Part shown: positions 39,383-52,038 of the stretch, in pieces
Layout of the letters: each line of letters begins with the position of its first letter
Numbering within the stretch: position 1 is the stretch's first letter
DNA from: Kondoa subrosea
Lineage: Eukaryota
NCBI GenBank assembly: GCA_039545335.1
Contig: BCIN01000003.1
Location: 2,117,060 to 2,181,059 of the forward strand
Direction: 5' to 3'
DNA length: 64,000 nucleotides
Notes under the pieces: model-generated
What the model saw: only the letters and a program-made list of their open reading frames with translations
What the model was told of the DNA's origin: nothing
Database searches by the model: none
Program-made: the position numbers and the translations under genes

Positions 39383-41530
39383 AACTTCCTCAATCATCCT
39401 TATAACCATCTTCTCATATACCTCTATCATCCCTCCTTCTTCGAAGAGCTGTTATACATATCGGAACTCAGTACTGATACCTTTTCCTTCTCACAAACAG
39501 AAGCCAAGCGAAAGAAAGCCGCTCAATCCGCTGCTTCTACACCTCTTGCATCTGGTCGATCAACGCCGATACCAGGCGGAACACCTAAGAAGAAGAAACC
39601 CACCCAACAAACGCAAGCGGTAGTCAGTACATTGCAAGCGGATGTAGAAGCGCTTGGACTTGGTCCTTCTTCAAGCTCCTCGAGAGCGGACCTAAATGGT
39701 CGGAAAGAGGAAGAAGAGGAAAGGGAAGAAAAAGTGGTTTTTAGAACGAAAGATGAGATCATGAAGGAGATTGAAGCGAAGCAGAAAGAAGGTAAACCTG
39801 TTTTATCACTGGTCGTTGTCGGTCAGTCTATCGGATCCGACCAGTGTGATCGGTTACTGATATCATATGGATGACAGGTCACGTGGATGCTGGCAAAAGT
39901 ACTTTGATGGGAAGAGTTTTGCATGACCTTGGCGAGATCAGCGATCGAAGTGTTCAGAACAATCAACGCAACAGTCAGAAGATGGGCAAAGGCTCATTCG
40001 CATATGCTTGGACTTTTGACGCATTACCAGAAGAGAGAGAACGGTAAAAGCAATCCATTTTCATCTTCAGTCTATCTGAAGCGAATTTGGTGAATTACAG
40101 AGGTGTTACCATCGACATTGCTGTCGATTCTTTCTCTACCGAACATCGACAATTCACCTTGATCGACGCACCAGGTCATCGAGATTTTATACCCAACATG
40201 ATTTCAGGCGCGACTCAAGCAGATACAGCTTTACTCGTAATTGACGCTTCTAGTGGTGCTTTTGAAGCCGGCTTTGGCGAAAACGGTCAGACGAGAGAAC
40301 ATGCATTGCTTGTACGGAGTCTGGGTGTGCAGCAAGTAGTAGTAGCTGTAAACAAACTAGATGCAGTAAGTTGCAATTCTCTTGTGAAGTATCAAGCTCT
40401 GATATTATTTGCAGGTTGGATGGTCCGAAGGACGATATACCTCAATATGCGATCAATTGCGACCTTTCCTCATTTCGATCGGTTTCGCGTCAACGAAAGT
40501 TTCTTTTGCTCCTTGTGCTGCTATGGCGGGCGAAAACATCGCTTCATGTACATCGGAAGAACTCAGATCTTGGTACGACGGGCCGACGCTAGTTCAGCAA
40601 CTCGGTACGTTTACGTCCTGTATGTGCGAGACTTTCCTCAGACTGACCGCACCCATCATTTAGATTCACTCAGCGTACCGACTAGAGCTATACAAGCACC
40701 GTTACGGTTACCCTTATCGAATGTCTTCAAGAGTCAGACTTCAGGTCCTTCTGGGCTAGGTGCCAGTGGAAGGATAGAAAGCGGTGTATTGCAAGTAGGA
40801 GAGACTGTTGCCGTCTTACCGAGTGATCAGACTGCTACCATCAAGAGTAGGTCGACTCATTCTTGGTTTATTGCGGGAAGTGAACTGACGCTTTTCTCAT
40901 AGATATCGAAGTTGATTCTGATCGAGTGCCATGGGCTGTAGCTGGTCAAAACGTGACTGTTTATCTATCGAATCTGGATCCGATCTATCTCGCGTGCGTG
41001 ATCTTCTGTTTTGAGCAACAGGAGTTCTGATAGCGTTGCCGCAGATCTGGATGTGTTCTTTGCCCACCGGATCATCGAGTTCCTCTAGCTACTACGTTCT
41101 CGGCACAGATCATTGTGTTTGACCTCAAGTTCCCGCTGACGGCAGGAGCAGCAGTAAGTCGACTCTGATTCAGAAGAAGCTATTCTTAGATATATTTACA
41201 GGTCGAGCTCTTCCACCACAGCAGAGAGATTCCAGCTACAATATCCAAGCTTGAAGCTACACTAGATAAAGCTTCAGGTGAAGTCATAAAGCAGAATCCA
41301 AGGTGCGTTTCTCGGAAGCAGTTGCAGAATAAAGCTGAAGCTTCGACCCAAGGATGCTGTCATCTGGCTCGTCAGCAAGAATACAGATCAAACTGCGATC
41401 TTCTGCTTCTTCTACTCAAACAGCGGTAGTACCACTGGAGCCCTTCAGCGTGAACAAGTCAATGGGTCGAATCCTTTTGAGACGATCAGGTCAAACGGTA
41501 GGAGCGGGAGTTGTACTATCCATCTTGTAG
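38354..41530 (+). CDS. HBS1: Hbs1 translational GTPase (ribosome rescue); long isoform splices 38749 to 39501
   Basis: MSRHR N-terminus, IREALWNYYFDV, VVGHVDAGKSTLMG, EERERGVTID, DAPGHRDFIPNMISGA, NKLD, and C-terminal GRILLRRSGQTVGAGVV. Confidence 0.95.
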
Positions 41531-41685
41531 CCAAATAACAAGTCACCGAAACTCCGACCCTATCGCTGAGGTGATAACCGGCTTTCGTCGGGATTAGACT
41601 CTGCTCAACGCAAATCAGCGATTTTGGGGAGAAGCATTGAACACTCTTTCTTTGTTACCCTCTCACCTCTTTAGAAAATACCAAT

Positions 41686-44600
41686 ATGTCCACCAAAGCG
41701 TGCGTACATACACTGAACTACGCGCTTCTGCCTTGAGAAGCTGATTCTTTGAAAAATTCATGCATCTCCAGAATTTACGAGGCAGACGCCAAACAAGTAC
41801 TTGCTTATTGGTTAAGCCGAGCTCCCAACCACAGCAAGAACACCACTGTCAGCTCTTCGTTCAAAGCACCAGAACCCAAAGTCGCCCAGGTTGGTGTATA
41901 GAGTGCGCGCGCGCTATGGTGTTCATTTCCTGACTGTACACGAATAGATCTCTTGGGATTCAGCTACAAAACAAATCACGCCTGACTCGGCACTCCCTTC
42001 TTGGGTCTTCAACACAAAACTAGTCGTCAAGCCGTATGTCTAAGATTGTAGACTTGCATGACAAGCTTCTCATTAATTTCGGTGGGGCAACAGAGATCAA
42101 CTTATCAAGCGTCGTGGGAAAGCTGGTCTGCTCGCGCTCAACATTGAATGGCCTGAAGCTAGAAAATGGATTGAAGCTCGGTAATGCAACTTTTCGCGCG
42201 CATTGACCTCGATCTAATTTGAGCCTTGCAGCGCTGGCAAACCAGTGACTGTCAGTCAAACATGAGCAAATGATAAGATCTTGGCTTATTTCGGCATTTT
42301 TGAACTGACAGGTTGATGGCATTACTGGAACGCTACACAACTTCATTGTCGAACCTTTCCTACCTCATCCTTCCAACACCGAATACTACGTCTGCATCAA
42401 CTCTGTTCGTGAAGGCGATATTATTCTTTTCACTCACGAAGGTGGTGTCGAAGTTGGAGATGTAGATGCCAAAGCATTGAAGCTGCTAGTACCCGTTGGC
42501 GGAACCCTTCCATCTAGATCAGAAATTGCTTCGACGCTGCTGAAAGATGTGACAAAAGAGAAGCACGAAGCGCTCGTCGACTTCTTGGTCGCTCTTTACA
42601 ACGTTTACGCTGACCTACACTTCGCTTACCTTGAAATCAACCCTCTCATCTGCCTTGATGCCGTCAATGGCGAACAGCCAGCTATTCACTTCTTGGACAT
42701 GGCTGCTAAGCTCGATCAGGTCAGAAGAATGTCGATACAATTGTGATCTTGGCTGAATTTTCCATTGACAGACCGCAGATCACCTTTGCGGACCTAAATG
42801 GGCTATTGCTCGAGACAGCAGCAGCGCAGCACCAGCAGCGGGAGCTAAAGTCAGCGCCGATCGTGGCCCACCAATGGTCTTCCCTGCTCCTTTCGGTCGT
42901 GATTTGACCAAAGAAGAAGCCTACATCCAAAAACTTGACGCTTCTACTGGAGCTTCCCTCAAATTGACTGTCTTGAACCCTGAAGGACGTGTATGGACTA
43001 TGGTCGCTGGTGGAGGTGCTTCAGTCGTATACTCGTAAGCCTATCGATGCCGGGCTACGTTTAATTACTAAAAGCTGGAACCCAGTGACGCTATTGCTGC
43101 ACATGGTTTCGCTCACGAACTCGCCAACTATGGTGAATACTCTGGAGCACCAACAGAGAACCAGACATACGAATATGCAAAGACCATTCGTGAGTAGCTC
43201 AACTATAGAAGTTTGACAGAAACTTAGTAGGACGATGCATCTCACAGTTGATCTCATGACTCGCGGATCACCAAACCCTAAAGGCAAACTTCTCATCATC
43301 GGTGGTGGTATCGCCAACTTCACAAACGTCGCTTCAACCTTCAAGGGTATCATTCGTGCTCTCAAGCAATTCCAACAAGGTCTTCAACAACACAAAGTCC
43401 GCATCTTCGTTCGACGTGGTGGACCAAATTACCAAGAGTGCGTAATTGTTATGTATCGAGAGAAGTTTGCGCTGACACCGATCTTTAGAGGTCTAAAGGC
43501 TATGCGTCTCCTTGGTGAAACTCTTGGTGTCGAAATTCAAGTCTTCGGTCCTGATGACTTCATCACTGCTTGCGTTCCTCTTGCTCTCGGTGTCAAGAAG
43601 AGCGAAACTTTGAGTGTACCAAACGGTATCAGCAACGCCAACCCTACACCTGTTCCTTCACGCGCTCCTTCTCCAGCACCAGGTCCATCTACCCCTCGCC
43701 CTCAAGAGACCGTCGGTCCATCTCGCGGCAACGGTAGACACGAAGATATCGTCTCATTCGAAAAGGAAGCTAGCAAAGGATCAGCTCAGAGACCATGGTA
43801 CAGACCTTTCGACGAGACTACTCGTTCTTTGGTCTATGGTCTCCAACCTCGTGCTATTCAAGGCATGTTGGACTTTGATTTCGCTTGTGGGCGTGAAACT
43901 CCTTCTGTTGCTGCTATGGTCTATCCTTTCGGTGGTAACTCTATGCAAAAGTGTAAGTCGTTCTTGAATACTGTTCAGCTAAGGGGCTGATGCTGGTCTA
44001 GTCTACTGGGGAACCAAAGAAACTCTTCTACCAGTCTTCACTTCAGTTGCGGAAGCAGTCAAGAAATGCCCTGAAGCCGATGCTCTAGTCAACTTCGCCT
44101 CTTCTCGATCTGTCTACTCTTCTACTCTTGAATGTCTTGAATTCCCTCAAATCAAGTCTATTGCTCTCATTGCTGAAGGTGTACCGGAACGTCATGCTCG
44201 GGAAATCTTGTTCTTGGCTCAACAAAAGAAGGTCATCATCATCGGTCCTGCTACTGTTGGTGGTATCAAGCCTGGATGCTTCAGAATTGGTAACACCGGA
44301 GGGTGAGCAAAACTTTCGCTGGTCTATCGAGATCTGACTTTAAAGACTTCACTGTCCACAGAATGATGGACAACATCCTTGCTTCCAAATTGTACCGTGC
44401 TGGTTCCGTTGCCTATGTTTCCAAGTCCGGAGGCATGTCAAACGAGCTGAACAACATTCTTTCTCTTTGTAAGTGACATGTTCATCTATGATTGAATGAA
44501 TGCATTTGAACGTTGACTCTACAGCTACCGATGGAACATACGAAGGTATCGCCATTGGTGGTGATCGCTACCCTGGAACAACTTTCATCGACCACTTGCT

Positions 44601-46055
44601 CCGATACGAAGCTGACCCTAACTGCAAAATGCTTGTTCTGCTCGGTGAAGTCGGAGGTATCGAAGAATACAGAGTCATTGAAGCGGTCAAGAGTGGAGCC
44701 ATCAAGAAGCCAATTGTCGCTTGGGCTATCGGAACTTGCGCCAAAATGTTCGCTACTGAAGTCCAATTCGGTCATGCTGGTTCTATGGCCAACTCTGATC
44801 TTGAAACTGCTGAGGCTAAGAACAACGCCATGAAGGCTGCTGGTATCATTGTGCCAGACACTTTCGAAGATCTCCCAGTTGTCCTCAAGAACGAATACGA
44901 ACGTCTGCTCAGCGAAGGCATCATTTCTCCTAAAGCTGAACGATCACCACCGAGCATTCCTATCGATTACAAATGGGCTCAAGAACTTGGTCTTGTTCGA
45001 AAGCCCGCTCAATTCATCTCTACCATCTCAGATGAGCGTGGTCAAGAACTCCTCTACAACGGTATGCGCATTTCAGATGTCTTCAAGGAGGATGTAGGTT
45101 CTGCCGGCTTTCCCCTTAATTCAGTCTGACATTGCAAATAGATTGGTATTGGAGGTGTTATGGGTCTCCTTTGGTTCAAGCGAAGACTGCCTGCTTATGC
45201 AACCAAGTTCTTGGAGATGGTTCTCATGCTTACAGCCGATCACGGTCCAGCTGTATCTGGTGCCATGACTACCATCATCACTACACGAGCAGGCAAAGAT
45301 CTCGTCTCATCTTTGGTCGCTGGTCTTCTGACCATCGGTGACCGATTCGGTGGTGCTCTCGACGGTGCTGCTGCTGAATTCACTCGCGCGCTGGATACTG
45401 GTCTCACACCAAGAGAATTTGTCGATTCAATGCGAAAGGCAAACAAACTCATTCCTGGTATTGGTCACAAGATCAAGAGCAAGACCAACCCTGATCTACG
45501 TGTCGAGCTGGTTAAGAACTACGTCAAGGAACATTTCCCCGTCACCACCGTATGTCATTTTTTCTATTCAAAAATAAAAATTTTCTTTTACTGACCAATT
45601 ATAGACTTTGGATTACGCTCTGGCAGTCGAATCAGTGACATCAGCAAAGAAGGATACCCTCATTCTCAACGTTGATGGATGTATTGCTGTGTCTTTTGTC
45701 GATTTGCTCAGGTCGTCTGGCGCTTTCACTGCCGAAGAAGCTGAAGAATACATGAAGATCGGAACTCTGAACGGTCTGTTCGTTCTTGGTCGAAGCATAG
45801 GTTTCGTTGGACATCACTTGGATCAGAAGAGGCTACGTGCAGGTCTTTACAGGTAAGTCGAATTCATTGCTGTTGCTTAATCCGATAGCTGACTGCGCCC
45901 ATGTAACACCTACAGACATCCTGCAGACGATATCCTGAGTTGCAAAGCCCTTGTAAACGTAAACTATGCTCATACCTTTTTTTCATCTTCTACAGCATAT
46001 TACCGCTTTCGAGCCAGAAAGAATCGTTGTTCAACCATCAAAGAGCAAAGCGTAG
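41686..46055 (+). CDS. ACL1: ATP-citrate lyase, single fused polypeptide
   Basis: [68 protein letters not shown] and LYRHPADD, all in one gene. Confidence 0.97.
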
Positions 46056-46348
46056 ATGCTTTAGAGTTTCGAAAGCTGTACTGTTGGGTTTGGCATCATG
46101 GGGTTTCGTTCATTCAATCAATCGAGATAGTAATAGAAGAGAGAACAATCAAAATTTATACCATTTCTACTTCAATTCCTGTCACTGTCTCCTCAGAGCA
46201 CAGCTGTACCTCTGATGTGCGCCAGCGCATTGTCCAGGATTGCACTTTATGTCAGGGAAAACGCGGACAAGAAGTGATCGGCTATTACGTAAGCATGTGA
46301 TGGAGTTAATTTCGTTTGCTTGCTGTACTTCAACAAGCAACCTGTATT

Positions 46349-47879
46349 ATGCCTTTCGGTTTTGGACAGCCAAAGTCGCATAATAAGAAGAAGAACTACA
46401 CTTTTCAAGACGGTGTAATAGGAACTGGGGGATTTTCGATAGGTTGGAAGAATCAATGCCCAAAGTGCGCAATGGGCTGAGATCTGGCCATAGTCCGTAA
46501 AGCTCGCTGGAATGGCGGAGACAAAGTCTCACTCGATGCAACACGAGATGTAGCAGTTCGTTAGCTGTTTGTCAAGCGGTTGAAATGGGCGTAACAATAA
46601 CAATGTCTACAGGTTAAGATCGTCAAGAAGGAACTGATCAAGCGAAGAGACAACTATTTGCACATCTTGGCATGGTTGACAGAGCACAGCGACGAGCATG
46701 AGCATATCATGACTCTCTATGAATGGTTTGAATCCACTTCAAAGTACTACATCACCTTCCAATTAGCTATGGGCGGAGAGCTGTTTGATCGGATAGCTGT
46801 TCAGCCTTATACGGAGGATGAAGGAAGAGAAGCGGCGAGAGCTATGATAGTACGTTGTGCGCTCATTGTCAACTAATGTGTCTGAGTATAGAGTAGGACG
46901 TAGTCGGATTCTGTCATGATCGAGGCATGATACATCGAGATATCAAGCCAGAAAACTTCCTTTACCTGAACAAATCCGATCCAAAGAGTTTCTTATTGTC
47001 GGATTTTGGAATAGCGGAAGTCTTGGACGATCCGAATGAGCGAGAAGTGCTATATGAAATCTGTGGTACTCCAGGTATGCTCGGTTTCTGTCGATAGGCT
47101 ATTATACTTAATGCTTTCGCAGGGTTAGCGAAAGACATTCCAACTACGGAATAATGGCTAACGACTTGGCAGGTATACTGCTCCAGAAATATACAGACGT
47201 GATGGATACGATCGCAAGTGCGATATATAGTAAGTATAGATCTTGTCCGTTCGCTTTACGCTGATACCTCGATCAGTTCCGCGGGAATGGTCATCTATGC
47301 CTGGTTAGTCAGCGACTGAGCACCATCCTTCCTTGACTGATCTGAGTATGATATAGCCTGTCTGGCTGGTCGCCATTCAGTGCAAGAGATATGGAAGGCA
47401 TAGTAACAGAAACTCTTCGCGGCGAAATCACCTTCCCAAGGCAAAAATGGGCAAATCACTCGGATGATTGTAAGGTCCTCTGTCGGCTGTTTTACTATCA
47501 ATGACGATCAATTACAGGCAAAGACTTTCTTCTACATCTACTGGAATCAGATGAGAAGAAGCGGCCAACAGCGAAAGAGGCACTGAAACATAAAGTAGGG
47601 TTGATCTGGTGTACAATTGATTCTCCTGATCTTATTGCAGTGGCTATCACAAACATCATCGCCACTCAAAAAGGATACCAAGCATCTGGCAGTACCTGGA
47701 GCAGAACTTGCAGCAGGTTCTGGTTTGAAGAGAGTGCCGACGATAGATGTAAGTCGACTTATGGATATCCATCGCTCTCTCTCTGACAGACTTTGTAGAC
47801 TCAAGAGCATCCTTTGGTGCGAAAACTGACAGCTGGAAGTGTCACCTACACCAAAGGTCTATGGAATCCAAATCACTAG
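46349..47879 (+). CDS. Ca2+/calmodulin-dependent (CMK1-like) Ser/Thr kinase
   Basis: [41 protein letters not shown] and CGTPGYTAPE (the last needs a 1-nt exon at 47123). The start could instead be at 46249. Confidence 0.88.
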
Positions 47880-48063
47880 CGTGCTTGCCGGACATGCTCT
47901 TGAATGAGCATGAAAAGTTTTCGGGCTAGAACTATTGTAAACTCTATGTAACAATATATAATGTATACGTCGTTTTTCCATTCCTTGATGCGACGTAGTA
48001 AGATCAAGACGCGAATGCCTTCAATGTTATTTTTTGCGAGTATCTTCCAGACAGCCATTCACA

Positions 48064-51000
48064 ATGGTGCCTATGCCCCCGCTGCCAGCTGCTAAGCCTC
48101 TCCTAGCTGGTGCGATCTATACTGTACGCGTCCGCCCGCTTCAGCTGACTGCCCTCGAAAATAGGTGTCAAGTATCGGCTCAATGCATCTCTGGCCGCGT
48201 CGACAGCCGAGAAGGTAGGTTACTCGCAGCTAATACGAGTCTTCAAGCTGATGAGCATGTGCTCCAAACAGCTAAAGACAATCTTGCATCACCTCAGCGC
48301 GGAAGAAGCGAAACATCCAATTCTAGCGGAAGAAGACTGCGATATCACTCATTATATCACAGACACTTTGGATTTCCCTGAATATGCTATAGCCAAGGCG
48401 AAAGAGATTGCCATTGTTGTGAGTCTGGGCAGACGGATCACCTTTGTTTGCCAACTCACTATATGAGATCAGACACCTTCATGGGTCACTAGATCTTGTG
48501 ACCTACAGATGAAGCAAGAAACGAGGTTCTACAGCGCAGATCCTGGCGATGTTCTTTCTGGTTATTGTGAGCCAAAGATCTATATTTCATTTTAGGACTT
48601 GAGTGTCTGAGCGCTCACGCAGGTATATGTACTTCTGAGTTACCCGATTATGAAGACGACTTGATTACCAGCACTGTCACCAGTTTGGGAGGTCAAGTTC
48701 GGACTGGTAAGTGTCTCTGTGTGCTGTCAATAATGCTTGTCTGATATCTCAGGTAGCATTGACCCGCGAAGTCACTCATCTGATCGTCATTGGAACACAA
48801 GGGGCAGGTCTTCATGATGCGACCGGCTGGAAAAGACTAATGTGTCCTTTGACAGTCGAAATATAAGCAGGCAATGACAAACGGTATCAAGATTGGTATG
48901 CGTGTAGTGCTTCCGCATTGGTGAGTATTTCTTGACCCGGCTCGAGTTGTGGTCTTACTGAAGGACAGGATCTACGATGTCTTCCAAACCAGAACCTTAG
49001 TCCGAGAAGACTGGTATGCTTTCCCAGATCCTCCGCTTTTCCGCGACTATTCCAAGAACCCAACGAGTCCGCAACTGCTCAAAGGCGCAACCAATTCAGC
49101 AGCATTCAATGTACCTAAAACCTTGACTCAAGCTATCCTCGGAGACGAAGCTCACGCTGAACATTCTTCCCTCGAGTCATATGCTAAAACCAGTACCGAA
49201 AGCTCACATGAGTCCAGCAAAGATTCTGGCAGTGCGAAAGAAGCTCAAATGTTTAAAGGCTTCTCGATCTATATTAGCAGCACGCTGAAGATCCACGAAA
49301 AGATGGCCGCTGGCTTGAAGAAACGAATTATGGACGCTGGAGCAAAGAGTTGTTACATTGCTGGTATCGTCAAGGAAGATGGACCTGAGCCCAACGAGGA
49401 TGAGGCCGTGCAGGGTGAGGAGTACCTGGAAAGAGCGGATTATGTTGTCTGCCATAAGCGTTCTGGCTGGGAATTTTGGAAGGTCAGCTTCGTATAATCT
49501 CGCGCATTTGTGAGCTGAGCTGAAAAGAGCTGTTCAGGCCTACATGACGAATAGCAAAACCATTGGCAATCTTCCTTGGTTACTATACGTGCTTGCTGTT
49601 GGCAAACTCGATAGTCCGAAAGATCGCCTACTGCATTACCCTACACCGGCTTATCCAGCTAAAAGCATGCAAGATCAGGTCAGTCTCTATCGTCCGGCAG
49701 TAGTGGAAACGCTGACAGTGGCAACAGGTCTTCACCATCTCGAATTATAGTAGGTTAAAGCTCCCAATCGATGCGCCTCCTGACATCTATAGTAGCTGGG
49801 CCTGCGAGGGATCTCATGAAGACAATGGTTGAGCAGATGGGAGGAACTGTCAACGGAGTGCGTGCGACCATCCGCTCTGCTCTGTCGATTCTTTATGCTC
49901 TCGTATAGACAATGGACAAACAAACAACAACATGCGTTATAGCTGCAAGGTAACGGATGAACAGACTTCTTATATCAGCGCATTGCTGATACAATCAATC
50001 ATGCAGCGATACTGGAAAGAAAGTTTCAAGCGCTCACTCCTGGAATATACCTGTGCCCACTCATTTATGGGTGGATGAGTGCTTTAAGAAGTGGGAATAC
50101 ATCGCACCGTCCGCCAGTCCAGCCTACACCGAAAAAGGAGCAGGAATAGAACAGATGACAACCATCGGTCTAGCCAAGTACGGTCCTGACTCGATTTCGC
50201 AATGGGCCAAAGGCGAAGAAGCTAAGAGTGACAAATTGTTGTCATTGCGGCAATTGTCGACCAGCAAGCAGCGTCGAGCATCTGGACAATTGCCATTACC
50301 TATGGACATGGATATTGATGTGCCCGCCATCCCAATGCGCGAAGAAGAGGACGATGATGAAGAAATGGATGTGCAAGCTTCACTTGAACCAGAACCGTCC
50401 ACTTCGAAATCTACACCGGGTCGAATAGCAGCTGATCTGATTCCCGCTGGTAATAAGTCCAAAGAAAGCATCGAACCGCCTGCAGAGGAAGCAGCAGACG
50501 AGAGCGATTCTGCAAAAGAAGACGTTACCAAATCGGTAGAAACACCCGCACCGAAAGTTAAAGCTAAGAAAGCTTCAAAACCTCCCCAAGACAAATCAGA
50601 TTCCGCGCCGGGATCCAGTCGCAGTAACAGATCTACTACGATGGGAACGGATCCGGCTGCTGTTCTATCGGGCCATCCTAGACGTCAAGCCGCGGCAGCT
50701 GCTTCAAGCAAGGTCAAAGCTTCTGCGGAAGATATGAATGCTTTTGCAAAGGAGAGACGGCGGTCGGACAAGAGAAATCATGATGAGATTGAACGACAGA
50801 TTGATGCAAGTATGGAGATGGAGAAAGCGAAAAAGAAGCCTCGTGCTTCGACTGAAAGAGCAACAAGCAAAGGCAAAGGCAAAGCAGAAGATCAAGATGT
50901 GTTCTCCGAGGAGGATGTCGTTTCTGCTAAAGATGCTAAGCAAGAGGCGAAAGATCGCAAAAAGGGCAAAGGCATGCCTAACAAAGTCATTCGAGCTCCA

Positions 51001-51975
51001 CCTGTGGTCGGGGAAGACTCGACGCGAGGACCGTCACAAGCAAACATCACAAGCTTCGATGCACCTCCGGGGTAAGTGATCTGACCAGGCATTCGGACTC
51101 GAACGAATCATTGACCCATGTTGATCATAGTGCAAAACATCACAAATCGTCGAAGTCTTCGCTAGTCGCACAAGGAAAGGTAGTTCGTATCATGACTACT
51201 GGAGTCACTGTCGATACAAGCCTAGAAAAGGCATGTCATAGCTGACTCGAAGGAAAACAACATACTGACCTTTTTAACAGCAAATAACCGCTCTGGGTGC
51301 TAAATTCGACGCCGAACCTCACGAAGCTACACATGTCATTGTCAAAGGCATTTCTAGGACGGAGAAGTTCCTCTGCGCCCTGCCGTATACTCCGTTCTTC
51401 GTCGGAATGGGCTGGCTGCAGAAGTCGGCGAAGTCGGGAGAGCTTACAGGTGTGCAGCGCACTACTGCGGCATCTGCCGGTGCTGATACACATGTTAAAC
51501 AGCTGAAGAACCTTACCTGATACAAGATGAAGCAGGCGAAAATAGATGGAACATAAAGTTCAGCGAAGTCCTTGACAGAACACGGAGAGGCAAAGTCTTT
51601 GACGGCAAGACCTTCTATGTCACTGCAAAGATTGAACCCGCTCGGGACCTTCTGATGAGAATCATTGTTGAAAATGGCGGAGAGGTATTTTATTTCGTGC
51701 TTACTCGACACCATGCTGATTAAGCCTTTTAGATTGGGAGCGGACCAGCAAATTACCGACTGCTGTCTTCTCACCCAGACACTCACTTTATGATTTCTTG
51801 CACAAAAGACAGAAGTCATTGGAAATCTCTCGTTGACAAAGATCCGCCTATCGTCATTTATCATCCAGAGCTGGTGCTCATGTCTGCGCTGAAGCAAGAG
51901 ATGGTCACGGATGGTGAAACGGTAATTCTAGATATTCCGAATCATAGAAGTAAAAGTCCCAAGATAAGTCTGTAA
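48064..51975 (+). CDS. Multi-BRCT DNA-damage scaffold (Brc1/Rtt107-like)
   Basis: VTPSWV, FYSADP, VTHLI, VVLPHW, GNLPWL, RLLHYP, TISNY.GPAR, HLWVDEC and RTEKFLCAL; acidic linker. Confidence 0.85.
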
Positions 51976-52038
51976 TTTATGTTCATCTGTAGAAATACAC
52001 TGTGTACATACATACATAGCACAAGTCTTCTTGCGAGA

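Noticed and set aside
45930..45993. U12-like ATATCCT...TAC intron in ACL
   Set aside because: ATATCC arises from the conserved D-I codons, there is no TCCTTAAC branch site, and using it would destroy the conserved DDI motif.
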